Shown here in pieces: positions 37,201-52,200 of a DNA stretch of 64,000 bases. Both the position numbers and the translations under genes were made by a program. The notes under the pieces were generated by a model. It did not search any database and had not been told where the DNA came from. It worked only from the letters and a program-made list of their open reading frames with translations. Positions within the stretch are counted from its first letter, which is position 1. Each line of letters starts with the position of its first letter. The stretch is from the NCBI GenBank assembly GCA_964016885.1, contig OZ024741.1, positions 410,006,001 through 410,070,000 of the forward strand, given 5' to 3'. The stretch is from Eledone cirrhosa (Eukaryota).

Positions 37201-40200
37201 AATGAAAGGGTTAAACAAATAGACAGTGTCTTACATTAGAAATATGGTAATGAAAGGGTTAAACAACACAGACAGTGTCTTTCATTAGAAATATGGTAAT
37301 GAAAGTGTTAAACAACATAGACAGTGTCTTACATTAGAAATATGGTAATGAAAGGGTTAAACAACATAGACAGTGTCTTACATTAGAAATATGGTAATGA
37401 AAGGGTTAAACAACATAGACAGTGTCTTTCATTAGAAATATGGTAATGAAAGGGTTAAACAAATGAGACTGTTACATTAGAAATATGGTAATGAAAGGGT
37501 TAAACAACATAGACAGTGTCTTACATTAGAAATATGGTAATGAAAGGGTTAAACAACATAGAGAGTGTCTTTCATTAAAAATATGGTAATGAAAGGGTTA
37601 AACAACATAGACAGTGTCTTACATTAGAAATATGGTAATGAAAGGGTTAAACAACATAGACAGTGTCTTTCATTAGAAATATGGTAATGGAAGGGTTAAA
37701 CAACATAGACAGTGTCTTTAGAAATATTGTAATGAAAGGGTTAAACAACATAGACAGTGTCTTTCATCAGAAATATGGTAATGGAATGGGTTAAACAACA
37801 TTGACAGTGTCTTACGTTAGATATATGGGAATGTAAGGGTTAAACAATATAGACAGTATCTTTGAAATATGGAAATGAATGAGTTAAACAACATAGACAG
37901 TGTCTTACATTAGAAATCTGATAATGAAAGGGTTAAAGAACATAGACAGTGTCTTTAGAAATATTGTAATGAAAGGGTTAATGACATAGACAGTGTCTTA
38001 CAATAGAAATTTGGTAATCAAAAGGTTAAACAATATAGACAGTGTGTTACATTAGAAATATGGTAATGAAAGGGCGAACGACATAGACAGTGTCTTACAA
38101 TAGAAATTTGGTAATGAAAGGGTTAAACAAAATAGACAGTGTCTTACATTAGAAATATGGTAATGAAAGGGTTAAACAACATAGACAGTGTCTTACATTA
38201 GAAATATGGTAATGAAAGAGTTAAACAACAGAGACAGTGTCTTACATTAGAAATATGGTAATGAAAGGGAAAATCAACATAGACAGTGTCTTTCATTAGA
38301 AATATGGTAATGGAAGTGTTAAACAACATAGACAGTGTCTTACATTAGAAATATGGTAGTGAAAGGGTTAAACAACAGAGACAGTGTCTTGCATTAGAAA
38401 TATGGTAATGAAAGAGTTAAACAACATAGACAGTGTCTTACATTAGAAATATGGTAATGAAAGGGTTAAACAACATAGACAGTGTCTTACATTAGAAATA
38501 TGGTAATGAAAGGGTTAAACAACATAGACAGTGCCTTACATTAGAAATATGGTAATGAAAGGGTTAAACAACATAGACAGTGTCTTTCATAAGAAATATG
38601 GTAATGAAAGGGTTAAACAACATAGACAGTGTCTTACATTAGAAATATGGTAATGAAAGGGTTAAACAACATAGAGAGTGTCTTACATTAGAAATATGGT
38701 AATGAAAGGGTTAAACAACATAGACGGTATCTTTGAAATATGGAAATGAATGAGTTAAACAACATAGACAGTGTCTTACATTAGAAATCTGATAATGAAA
38801 GGGTTAAAGAACATAGACAGTATCTTTCGAAATATTGTAATGTAAGGGTTAATGTCATAGACAGTGTCTTACAATAGAAGTTTGGTAATCAAAGGGTTAA
38901 ACAACATAGACTGTGTGTTACATTAGAAATATGGTAATGAAAGGGTTAAACAACATAGACAGTGTCTTACATTAGAAATATGGTAATGAAAGAGTTAAAC
39001 AACAGAGACAGTGTCTTACATTAGAAATATGGTAATGAAAGGGTTAAACAACATAGACAGTGTCTTTCATGAGAAATATGGTAATGAAAGGGTTAAACAA
39101 CATAGCGAGTGTCTTACAATAGAAATATGGTAATGAAAGGGTTAAACAACATAGACAGTGTCTTACATTAGAAATATGGTAGTGAAAGGGTTAAACAACA
39201 TAGACAGTGTCTTTCATGAGAAATATGGTAATGAAAGGGTTAAACAACATAGACAGTGTCTTTCATTAGAAATATGGTAATGAAAGGGTTAAACAACATA
39301 GACAGTGTCTTACATTAGAAATATGGTAATGAAAGGGTTAAACAACATAGACAGTGTCTTACATTAGAAATATGGTAGTGAAAGGGTTAAACAACATAGA
39401 CAGTGTCTTACATTAGAAATATGGTAGTGAAAGGGTTAAACAACATAGACAGTGTCTTACATTAGAAATATGGTAGTGAAAGTGTTAAACAACATAGACA
39501 GTGTCTTTCATGAGAAATATGGTAATGAAAGGGTTAAACAACATACACAGTGTCTTTCATTAGAAATATGGTAATGAAAGAGGTAAACAACATAGACAGT
39601 GTCTTTCATTAGAAATATGGTAATGAAAGGGTTAAACAACTGAGACTGTTACATTAGAAATATGGTAATGAAAGGGTTAAACAACATAGACAGTGTCTTA
39701 CATTAGAAATATGGTAATGAAAGGGTTAAACAACATAGAGAGTGTCTTTCATTAAAAATATGGTAATGAAAGGGTTAAACAACATAGACAGTGTCTTACA
39801 TTAGAAATATGGTAATGAAAGGGTTAAACAACATAGACAGTGTCTTACATTAGAAATATGGTAGTGAAAGGGTTAAACAACATAGACAGTGTCTTACATT
39901 AGAAATATGGTAGTGAAAGTGTTAAACAACATAGACAGTGTCTTTCATTAGAAATATGGTAATGGAAGGGTTAAACAACATAGACAGTGTCTTACATTAG
40001 GAATATGGTAATGGAAGGTTCAATGACATAGACAGTGTCTTACATTAGAAATATGTTAATGGGAGGGTTAAACAACATAGACAGTGTCTTACATTAGAAA
40101 TATGGTAGTGAAGGGTTAAACAACATAGACAGTGTCTTACATTAGAAATATGGTAATGAAAGGGTTAAACAACATAGACAGTGTCTTACATTAGAAATAT

Positions 40201-43200
40201 GGTAGTTAAAGGGTTAAACAACAGAGACAGTGTCTTACATTAGAAATATGGTAATGAAAGTGTTAAACAACATAGACAGTGTCTTACATCAGAAATATGG
40301 TAATGAAAGGGTTAAACAACATAGACAGTGCCTTACATTAGAAATATGGTAATGAAAGGGTTAAACAACATAGACAGTGTTTGTCATTAAAAATATGGTA
40401 ATGAAAGGGTTAAACAACATAGACAGTGTCTTACATTAGAAATATGGTAATGAAAGGGTTAAACAACATAGACAGTGTCTTACATTAGAAATATGGTAAT
40501 GAAAGGGTTAAACAACATAGACAGTGTCTTACATTAGAAATATGGTAATGAAAGGGTTAAACAACATAGACAGTGTTTGTCATTAAAAATATGGTAATGA
40601 AAGGGTTAAACAACATAGACAGTGTCTTACATTAGAAATATGGTAATGAAAGGGTTAAACAACATAGCGAGTGTCTTACATTAGAAATATGGTAATGAAA
40701 GGGTTAAACAACATAGACAGTGTCTTACATTAGAAATATGGTATTGAAGGGTTAAACAACATAGACAGTGTCTTACATTAGAAATATGGTAATGAAAGGG
40801 TTAAACAACATAGACAGTGTCTTACATTAGAAATATGGTAGTTAAAGGGTTAAACAACAGAGACAGTGTCTTACATTAGAAATATGGTAATGAAAGTGTT
40901 AAACAACATAGACAGTGTCTTACATCAGAAATATGGTAATGAAAGGGTTAAACAACATAGACAGTGCCTTACATTAGAAATATGGTAATGAAAGGGTTAA
41001 ACAACATAGACAGTGTTTGTCATTAAAAATATGGTAATGAAAGGGTTAAACAACATAGACAGTGTCTTACATTAGAAATATGGTAATGAAAGGGTTAAAC
41101 AACATAGACAGTGTCTTACATTAGAAATATGGTAATGAAAGGGTTAAACAACATAGACAGTGTCTTACATTAGAAATATGGTAATGAAAGGGTTAAACAA
41201 CATAGACAGTGTTTGTCATTAAAAATATGGTAATGAAAGGGTTAAACAACATAGACAGTGTCTTACATTAGAAATATGGTAATGAAAGGGTTAAACAACA
41301 TAGCGAGTGTCTTACATTAGAAATATGGTAATGAAAGGGTTAAACAACATAGACAGTGTCTTACATTAGAAATATGGTAATGAAAGGGTTAAACAACATA
41401 GACAGTGTCTTACATTAGAAATATGGCAATGAAAGGGTTAAACAACATAGACAGTGTCTTACATTAAAAATATGGTAATGAAAGGGTTATACAACATAGA
41501 CAGTGTCTTACATTAGAAATATGCTAATGAAAGGGTTAAACAACATAGACAGTGTCTTACATTAGAAATATGGTAGTGAAAGGGTTAAACAACATAGACA
41601 GTGTCTTACATTAGAAATATGGTAGTGAAAGTGTTAAACAACATAGACAGTGTCTTTCATTAGAAATATGGTAATGGAAGGGTTAAACAACATAGACAGT
41701 GTCTTACATTAGGAATATGGTAATGGAAGGTTCAATGACATAGACAGTGTCTTACATTAGAAATATGTTAATGGGAGGGTTAAACAACATAGACAGTGTC
41801 TTACATTAGAAATATGGTAGTGAAGGGTTAAACAACATAGACAGTGTCTTACATTAGAAATATGGTAATGAAAGGGTTAAACAACATAGACAGTGTCTTA
41901 CATTAGAAATATGGTAGTTAAAGGGTTAAACAACAGAGACAGTGTCTTACATTAGAAATATGGTAATGAAAGTGTTAAACAACATAGACAGTGTCTTACA
42001 TCAGAAATATGGTAATGAAAGGGTTAAACAACATAGACAGTGCCTTACATTAGAAATATGGTAATGAAAGGGTTAAACAACATAGACAGTGTTTGTCATT
42101 AAAAATATGGTAATGAAAGGGTTAAACAACATAGACAGTGTCTTACATTAGAAATATGGTAATGAAAGGGTTAAACAACATAGACAGTGTCTTACATTAG
42201 AAATATGGTAATGAAAGGGTTAAACAACATAGACAGTGTCTTACATTAGAAATATGGTAATGAAAGGGTTAAACAACATAGACAGTGTTTGTCATTAAAA
42301 ATATGGTAATGAAAGGGTTAAACAACATAGACAGTGTCTTACATTAGAAATATGGTAATGAAAGGGTTAAACAACATAGCGAGTGTCTTACATTAGAAAT
42401 ATGGTAATGAAAGGGTTAAACAACATAGACAGTGTCTTACATTAGAAATATGGTAATGAAAGGGTTAAACAACATAGACAGTCTCTTACATTAGAAATAT
42501 GGCAATGAAAGGGTTAAACAACATAGACAGTGTCTTACATTAAAAATATGGTAATGAAAGGGTTATACAACATAGACAGTGTCTTACATTAGAAATATGG
42601 TAATGAAAGGGTTAAACAACATAGACAGTGTCTTACATTAGAAATATGCTAATGAAAGGGTTAAACAACATAGACAGTGTCTTACATTAGAAATATGGTA
42701 ATGAAAGGGTTAAACAACATGGACAGTGTCTTACATTAAAAATATGGTAATGAAAGGGTTAAACAACATAGACAGTGTCTTACATTAGAAATATGGTAAT
42801 GAAAGGGTTAAACAACATAGACAGTGTCTTACATTAGAAATATGGTAATGAAAGGGTTAAACAACAAAGACAGTGTCTTACATTAGAAATATGGTAATGA
42901 AAGGGTTAAACAACATAGACAGTGTCTTACATTAGAAATATGGTAGTGAAAGGGTTAAACAACATAGACAGTGTCTTTCATGAGAAATATGGTAATGAAA
43001 GGGTTAAACAACATAGACAGTGTCTTACATTAGAAATATGGTAATGAAAGGGTTAAACAACATAGACAGTGTCTTTAATTAGAAATATGGTAATGGAAGG
43101 GTTAAAGAACATAGACAGTGTCTTTAGAAATATTGTAATGAAAGGGTTAAACAACATAGACAGTGTCTTTCATCAGAAATATGGTAATGGAATGGGTTAA

Positions 43201-46200
43201 ACAACATTGACAGTGTCTTACGTTAGATATATGGGAATGTAAGGGTTAAACAATAGAGACAGTATCTTTGAAATATGAAAATGAATGAATTAAACAACAT
43301 AGACAGTGTCTTACATTAGAAATCTGATAATGAAAGGGGTAAAGAACATGGACAGTGTCTTTAGAAATATTGTAATGAAAGGGTTAATGACATAGACAGT
43401 GTCTTACAATAGAAATTTGGTAATCAAAGGGTTAAACAACATAGACTGTGTGTTACATTAGCAATATGGTAATGAAAGGGTTAAACAACATAGACAGTGT
43501 CTTTCATTAGAAATATGGTAATGGAAGGGTTAAACAACATAGACAGTGTCTTTCATTAGAAATATGGTAATGAAAGGGTTAAACAACATAGACAGTGTCT
43601 TACATTAGAAATATGGTAGTGAAAGGGTTAAACAACAGAGACAGTGTCTTACATTAGAAATATGGTAATGAAAGGGTTAAACAACATAGACAGTGTCTTA
43701 CATTAGAAATATGGTAATGAAAGGGTTAAACAAATAGACAGTGTCTTACATTAGAAATATGGTAATGAAAGGGTTAAACAACACAGACAGTGTCTTTCAT
43801 TAGAAATATGGTAATGAAAGTGTTAAACAACATAGACAGTGTCTTACATTAGAAATATGGTAATGAAAGGGTTAAACAACATAGACAGTGTCTTACATTA
43901 GAAATATGGTAATGAAAGGGTTAAACAACTTAGACAGTGTCTTTCATTAGAAATATGGTAATGAAAGGGTTAAACAAATGAGACTGTTACATTAGAAATA
44001 TGGTAATGAAAGGGTTAAACAACATAGACAGTGTCTTACATTAGAAATATGGTAATGAAAGGGTTAAACAACATAGAGAGTGTCTTTCATTAAAAATATG
44101 GTAATGAAAGGGTTAAACAACATAGACAGTGTCTTACATTAGAAATATGGTAATGAAAGGGTTAAACAACATAGACAGTGTCTTTCATTAGAAATATGGT
44201 AATGGAAGGGTTAAACAACATAGACAGTGTCTTTAGAAATATTGTAATGAAAGGGTTAAACAACATAGACAGTGTCTTTCATCAGAAATATGGTAATGGA
44301 ATGGGTTAAACAACATTGACAGTGTCTTACGTTAGATATATGGGAATGTAAGGGTTAAACAATATAGATAGTATCTTTGAAATATGGAAATGAATGAGTT
44401 AAACAACATAGACAGTGTCTTACATTAGAAATCTGATAATGAAAGGGTTAAAGAACATAGACAGTGTCTTTAGAAATATTGTAATGAAAGGGTTAATGAC
44501 ATAGACAGTGTCTTACAATAGAAATTTGGTAATCAAAAGGTTAAACAATATAGACAGTGTGTTACATTAGAAATATGGTAATGAAAGGGTGAACGACATA
44601 GACAGTGTCTTACAATAGAAATTTGGTAATGAAAGGGTTAAACAACATAGACAGTGTCTTACATTAGAAATATGGTAATGAAAGGGTTAAACAACATAGA
44701 CAGTGTCTTACATTAGAAATATGGTAATGAAAGAGTTAAACAACAGAGACAGTGTCTTACATTAGAAATATGGTAATGAAAGGGAAAATCAACATAGACA
44801 GTGTCTTTCATTAGAAATATGGTAATGGAAGTGTTAAACAACATAGACAGTGTCTTTCATTAGAAATATGGTAATGAAAGGGTTAAACAACATAGACAGT
44901 GTCTTACATTAGAAATATGGTAGTGAAAGGGTTAAACAACAGAGACAGTGTCTTGCATTAGAAATATGGTAATGAAAGAGTTAAACAACATAGACAGTGT
45001 CTTACATTAGAAATATGGTAATGAAAGGGTTAAACAACATAGACAGTGTCTTACATTAGAAATATGGTAATGAAAGGGTTAAACAACATAGACAGTGCCT
45101 TACATTAGAAATATGGTAATGAAAGGGTTAAACAACATAGACGGTATCTTTGAAATATGGAAATGAATGAGTTAAACAACATAGACAGTGTCTTACATTA
45201 GAAATCTGATAATGAAAGGGTTAAAGAACATAGACAGTATCTTTCGAAATATTGTAATGTAAGGGTTAATGTCATAGACAGTGTCTTACAATAGAAATTT
45301 GGTAATCAAAGGGCTAAACAACATAGACAATGTGTTACATTAGAAATATGGTAATGAAAGGGTGAATGACATAGACAGTGTCTTACAATAGAAGTTTGGT
45401 AATCAAAGGGTTAAACAACATAGACTGTGTGTTACATTAGAAATATGGTAATGAAAGGGTTAAACAACATAGACAGTGTCTTACATTAGAAATATGGTAA
45501 TGAAAGAGTTAAACAACAGAGACAGTGTCTTACATTAGAAATATGGTAATGAAAGGGTTAAACAACATAGACAGTGTCTTTCATGAGAAATATGGTAATG
45601 AAAGGGTTAAACAACATAGAGAGTGTCTTACATTAGAAATATGGTAATGAAAGGGTTAAACAACATAGACAGTGTCTTACATTAGAAATATGGTAGTGAA
45701 AGGGTTAAACAACATAGACAGTGTCTTTCATGAGAAATATGGTAATGAAAGGGTTAAACAACATAGACAGTGTCTTTCATTAGAAATATGGTAATGAAAG
45801 GGTTAAACAACATAGACAGTGTCTTACATTAGAAATATGGTAGTTAAAGGGTTAAACAACAGAGACAGTGTCTTACATTAGAAATATGGTAATGAAAGGG
45901 TTAAACAACATAGACAGTGTTTGTCATTAAAAATATGGTAATGAAAGGGTTAAACAACATAGACAGTGTCTTACATTAGAAATATGGTAATGAAAGGGTT
46001 AAACAACATAGAGAGTGTCTTTCATTAGAAATATGGTAATGAAAGGGTTAAACAACATAGACAGTGCCTTACATTAGAAATATGGTAATGAAAGGGTTAA
46101 ACAACATAGACAGTGTTTGTCATTAAAAATATGGTAATGAAAGGGTTAAACAACATAGACAGTGTCTTACATTAGAAATATGGTAATGAAAGGGTTAAAC

Positions 46201-49200
46201 AACATAGACAGTGTCTTACATTAGAAATATGGTAATGAAAGGGTTAAACAACATAGACAGTGTCTTACATTAGAAATATGGCAATGAAAGGGTTAAACAA
46301 CATAGACAGTGTCTTACATTAAAAATATGGTAATGAAAGGGTTATACAACATAGACAGTGTCTTACATTAGAAATATGGTAATGAAAGGGTTAAACAACA
46401 TAGACAGTGTCTTACATTAGAAATATGCTAATGAAAGGGTTAAACAACATAGACAGTGTCTTACATTAGAAATATGGTAATGAAAGGGTTAAACAACATG
46501 GACAGTGTCTTACATTAAAAATATGGTAATGAAAGGGTTAAACAACATAGACAGTGTCTTACATTAGAAATATGGTAATGAAAGGGTTAAACAACATAGA
46601 CAGTGTCTTACATTAGAAATATGGTAATGAAAGGGTTAAACAACAAAGACAGTGTCTTACATTAGAAATATGGTAATGAAAGGGTTAAACAACATAGACA
46701 GTGTCTTACATTAGAAATATGGTAGTGAAAGGGTTAAACAACATAGACAGTGGCTTTCATGAGAAATATGGTAATGAAAGGGTTAAACAACATAGACAGT
46801 GTCTTACATTAGAAATATGGTAATGAAAGGGTTAAACAACATAGACAGTGTCTTACATTAGAAATATGGTAGTGAAACGGTTAAACAACATAGACAGTGT
46901 CTTACATTAGAAATATGGTAGTGAAAGGGTTAAACAACATAGACTGTGTCTTTCATGAGAAATATGGTAATGAAAGGGTTAAACAACATAGACAGTGTCT
47001 TTCATTAGAAATATGGTAATGAAAGAGTTAAACAACATAGACAGTGTCTTTCATTAGAAATATGGTAATGAAAGGGTTAAACAACTGAGACTGTTACATT
47101 AGAAATATGGTAATGAAAGGGTTAAACAACATAGACTGTGTCTTACATTAGAAATATGGTAATGAAAGGGTTAAACAACATAGAGAGTGTCTTACATTAG
47201 AAATATGGTAATGAAAGGGTTAAACAACATAGACAGTGCCTTTAATTAGAAATATGGTAATGAAAGGGTTAAACAAGATAGACAGTGTCTTTCATTAGAA
47301 ATATGGTAATGAAAGGGTTAAACAACATAGACAGTGTCTTACATTAGAAATATGGTAATGAAAGGGTTAAACAACATAGACAGTGTCTTTCATTAGAAAT
47401 ATGGTAATGGAAGGGTTAAACAACATAGACAGTGTCTTTAGAAATATTGTAATGAAAGGGTTAAACAACATAGACAGTGTCTTTCATCAGAAATATGGTA
47501 ATGGAATGGGTTAAACAACATTGACAGTGTCTTACGTTAGATATATGGGAATGTAAGGGTTAAACAATATAGACAGTATCTTTGAAATATGGAAATGAAT
47601 GAGTTAAACAACATAGACAGTGTCTTACATTAGAAATCTGATAATGAAAGGGTTAAAGAACATAGACAGTGTCTTTAGAAATATTGTAATGAAAGGGTTA
47701 ATGACATAGACAGTGTCTTACAATAGAAATTTGGTAATCAAAAGGTTAAACAACATAGACAGTGTGTTACATTAGAAATATGGTAATGAAAGGGTGAACG
47801 ACATAGACAGTGTCTTACAATAGAAATTTGGTAATGAAAGGGTTAAACAACATAGACAGTGTCTTACATTAGAAATATGGTAATGAAAGGGTTAAACAAC
47901 ATAGACAGTGTCTTACATTAGAAATCTGATAATGAAAGGGTTAAAGAACATAGACAGTGTCTTTAGAAATATTGTAATGAAAGGGTTAATGACATAGACA
48001 GTGTCTTACAATAGAAATTTGGTAATCAAAAGGTTAAACAACATAGACAGTGTCTTACATTAGAAATATGGTAATGAAAGGGATAATCAACATAGACAGT
48101 GTCTTTCATTAGAAATATGGTAATGGAAGGGTTAAACAACATAGACAGTGTCTTTCATTAGAAATATGGTAATGAAAGGGTTAAACAACATAGACAGTGT
48201 CTTACATTAGAAATATGGTAGTGAAAGGGTTAAACAACAGAGACAGTGTCTTACATTAGAAATATGGTAATGAAAGGGTTAAACAACATAGACAGTGTCT
48301 TACATTAGAAATATGGTAATGAAAGGGTTAAACAACATAGACAGTGTCTTACATCAGAAATATGGTAATGAAAGGGTTAAACAACATAGACAGTGCCTTA
48401 CATTATAAATATGGTAATGAAAGGGTTAAACAACATAGACAGTGTCTTTCATAAGAAATATGGTAATGAAAGGGTTAAACAACATAGACAGTGTCTTACA
48501 ATAGAAATTTGGTAATCAAAGGCCTAAACAACATAGACAATGTGTTACATTAGAAACATGGTAATGAAAGGGTGAATGACATAGACAGTGTCTTACAATA
48601 GAAGTTTGGTAATCAAAGGGTTTAACAACATAGACTGTGTGTTACATTAGAAATATGGTAATCAAAGGGTTAAACAACATAGACAGTGTCTTACATTAGA
48701 AATATGGTAATGAAAGAGTTAAACAACAGAGACAGTGTCTTACATTAGAAATATGGTAATGAAAGGGAAAATCAACATAGACAGTGTCTTTCATTAGAAA
48801 TATGGTAATGGAAGTGTTAAACAACATAGACAGTGTCTTACATTAGAAATATGGTAGTGAAAGGGTTAAACAACAGAGACAGTGTCTTGCATTAGAAATA
48901 TGGTAATGAAAGGGTTAAACAACATAGACAGTGTCTTACATTAGAAATATGGTAGTGAAAGTGTTAAACAACATAGACAGTGTCTTTCATTAGAAATATG
49001 GTAATGGAAGGGTTAAACAACATAGACAGTGTCTTACATTAGGAATATGGTAATGGAAGGTTTAATGACATAGACAGTGTCTTACATTAGAAATATGTTA
49101 ATGGGAGGGTTAAACAACATAGACAGTGTCTTACATTAGAAATATGGTAGTTAAAGGGTTAAACAACAGAGACAGTGTCTTACATTAGAAATATGGTAGT

Positions 49201-52200
49201 TAAAGGGTTAAACAACAGAGACAGTGTCTTACATTAGAAATATGGTAGTGAAAGGGTTAAACAACATAGACAGTGTCTTTCATTAGAAATATGGTAATGA
49301 AAGGGTTAAACAACATAGACAGTGTCTTTAGAAATATTGCAATGAAAGGGTTAAACAACATAGACAGTGTCTTTCATCAGAATATGGTAATGGAATGGGT
49401 TAAACAACATAGACAGTGTCTTACTTTAGATATATGGGAATGTAAGGTTTAAACAACATAGACAGTGTCTTTCATTAGAAATCTGATAATGAAAGGGTTA
49501 AAGAACATAGACAGTGTCTTTAGAAATATTGTAATGAAAGGGTTAAACAACATAGACAGTGTCTTTCATTAGAAATATGGTAATGAAAGGGTTAAACAAC
49601 ATAGAGAGTGTCTTACATTAGAAATATGGTAGTGAAAGGGTTAAACAACAGAGACAGTGTCTTACATTAGAAATATGGTAGTGAAAGGGTTAAACAACAG
49701 AGACAGTGTCTTTCATTAGAAATATGGTAATGAAAGGGTTAAACAACATAGACAGTGTCTTACATTAGAAATATGGTAGTGAAAGTGTTAAACAACATAG
49801 ACAGTGTCTTTCATTAGAAATATGGTAATGGAAGGGTTAAACAACATAGACAGTGTCTTACATTAGGAATATGGTAATGGAAGGTTTAATGACATAGACA
49901 GTGTCTTACATTAGAAATATGTTAATGGGAGGGTTAAACAACATAGACAGTGTCTTACATTAGAAATATGGTAGTTAAAGGGTTAAACAACAGAGACAGT
50001 GTCTTACATTAGAAATATGGTAGTTAAAGGGTTAAACAACAGAGACAGTGTCTTACATTAGAAATATGGTAGTGAAAGGGTTAAACAACATAGACAGTGT
50101 CTTTCATTAGAAATATGGTAATGAAAGGTTTAAACAACATAGAGAGTGTCTTACATTAGAAATATGGTAGTGAAAGGGTTAAACAACAGAGACAGTGTCT
50201 TACATTAGAAATATGGTAATGAAAGGGTTAAACAACATAGACAGTGTCTTACATTAGAAATATGGTAGTTAAAGGGTTAAACAACATAGACAGTGTCTTA
50301 CATTAGAAATATAGTAGTTAAAGGGTTAAACAACAGAGACAGTGTCTTACATTAGAAATATGGTAATGGAAGGGTTAAACAACATAGACAGTGTCTTTCA
50401 TTAGAAATATGGTAATGAAAGGTTTAAACAACATAGAGAGTGTCTTACATTAGAAATATGGTAGTGAAAGGGTTAAACAACAGAGACAGTGTCTTACATT
50501 AGAAATATGGTAATGAAAGGGTTAAACAACATAGACAGTGTCTTACATTAGAAATATGGTAGTTAAAGGGTTAAACAACATAGACAGTGTCTTACATTAG
50601 AAATATGGTAGTTAAAGGGTTAAACAACAGAGACAGTGTCTTACATTAGAAATATGGTAATGGAAGGGTTAAACAACATAGACAGTGTCTTTCATTAGAA
50701 ATATGGTAATGAAATGTTTAAACAACATAGAGAGTGTCTTACATTAGAAATATGGTAGTGAAAGGGTTAAACAACAGAGACAGTGTCTTACATTAGAAAT
50801 ATGGTAATGAAAGGGTTAAACAACATAGACAGTGTCTTACATTAGAAATGTGGTAATGAAAGGGTTAAACAATATAGACAGTGTCTTACATTAGAAATAT
50901 GGTAATGAAAAGGTTAAACAACATAGACAGTGTCTTTCATTAGAAATATGGTAATGAAAGGGTTAAACAATATAGGCAGTGTCTTTCATTAGAAATATGG
51001 TAATGGAAGGGTTAAATAACATAGACAGTGTCTTACATTAGAAATATGGTAATGAAAGGGTTAAACAACAGAGACTGTTACATTAGAAATATGGTAATGA
51101 AAGGGTTAAACAACATAGACAGTGTCTTTCATTAGAAATATGGTAATGGAAGGTTTAATGACATAGACAGTGTCTTACATTAGAAATATGTTAATGGGAG
51201 GGTTAAACAACATAGACAGTGTCTTACATTAGAACTATTGCAATGAAAGGGTTAAACAACATAGACAGTGTCTTTAATTAGAAATATGGTAATGAAAGGG
51301 TTAAACTACATAGGCAGTGTCTTTCATTAGAAATATGGTAATGAAAGGGTTAAATAACATAGACAGTGTCTTACATTAGAAATATGGTAATGAAAGGGTT
51401 AAACAACATAGACAGTGTCTTTCATTAAAAATATGGTAATGAAATGGTTAAACAACATAGAGAGTGTCTTACATTAGAAAAATGGTAATGAAAGGGTTAA
51501 ACAATATAAACAGTGTCTTACATTAGAAATATGGTAATGAAAGGGTTAAACAACATAGACAGTGTCTTTCATTAGAAATATGGTAATGAAAGGGTTAAAC
51601 AATATAGACAGTGTCTTACATGAGAAATATGGTAATGAAAGGGTTAAACAACATAGACAGTGTCTTACATTAGAAATATGGTAGTGAAAGGGTTAAACAA
51701 CATAGACAGTGTCTTTCATTAAAAATATGGTAATGAAATGGTTAAACAACATAGAGAGTGTCTTACATTAGAAATATGGTAATGAAAGGGTTAAACAATA
51801 TAGACAGTGTCTTACATTAGAAATATGGTAATGAAAGGGTTAAACAACATAGACAGTGTCTTTCATTAGAAATATGGTAATGAAAGGGTTAAACAATATA
51901 GACAGTGTCTTACATTAGAAATATGGTAGTTAAAGGGTTAAACAACAGAGACAGTGTCTTACATTAGAAATATGGTAGTTAAAGGGTTAAACAACAGAGA
52001 CAGTGTCTTACATTAGAAATATGGTAGTGAAAGGGTTAAACAACATAGACAGTGTCTTTCATTAGAAATATGGTAATGAAAGGTTTAAACAACATAGAGA
52101 GTGTCTTACATTAGAAATATGGTAGTGAAAGGGTTAAACAACAGAGACAGTGTCTTACATTAGAAATATGGTAATGAAAGGGTTAAACAACATAGACAGT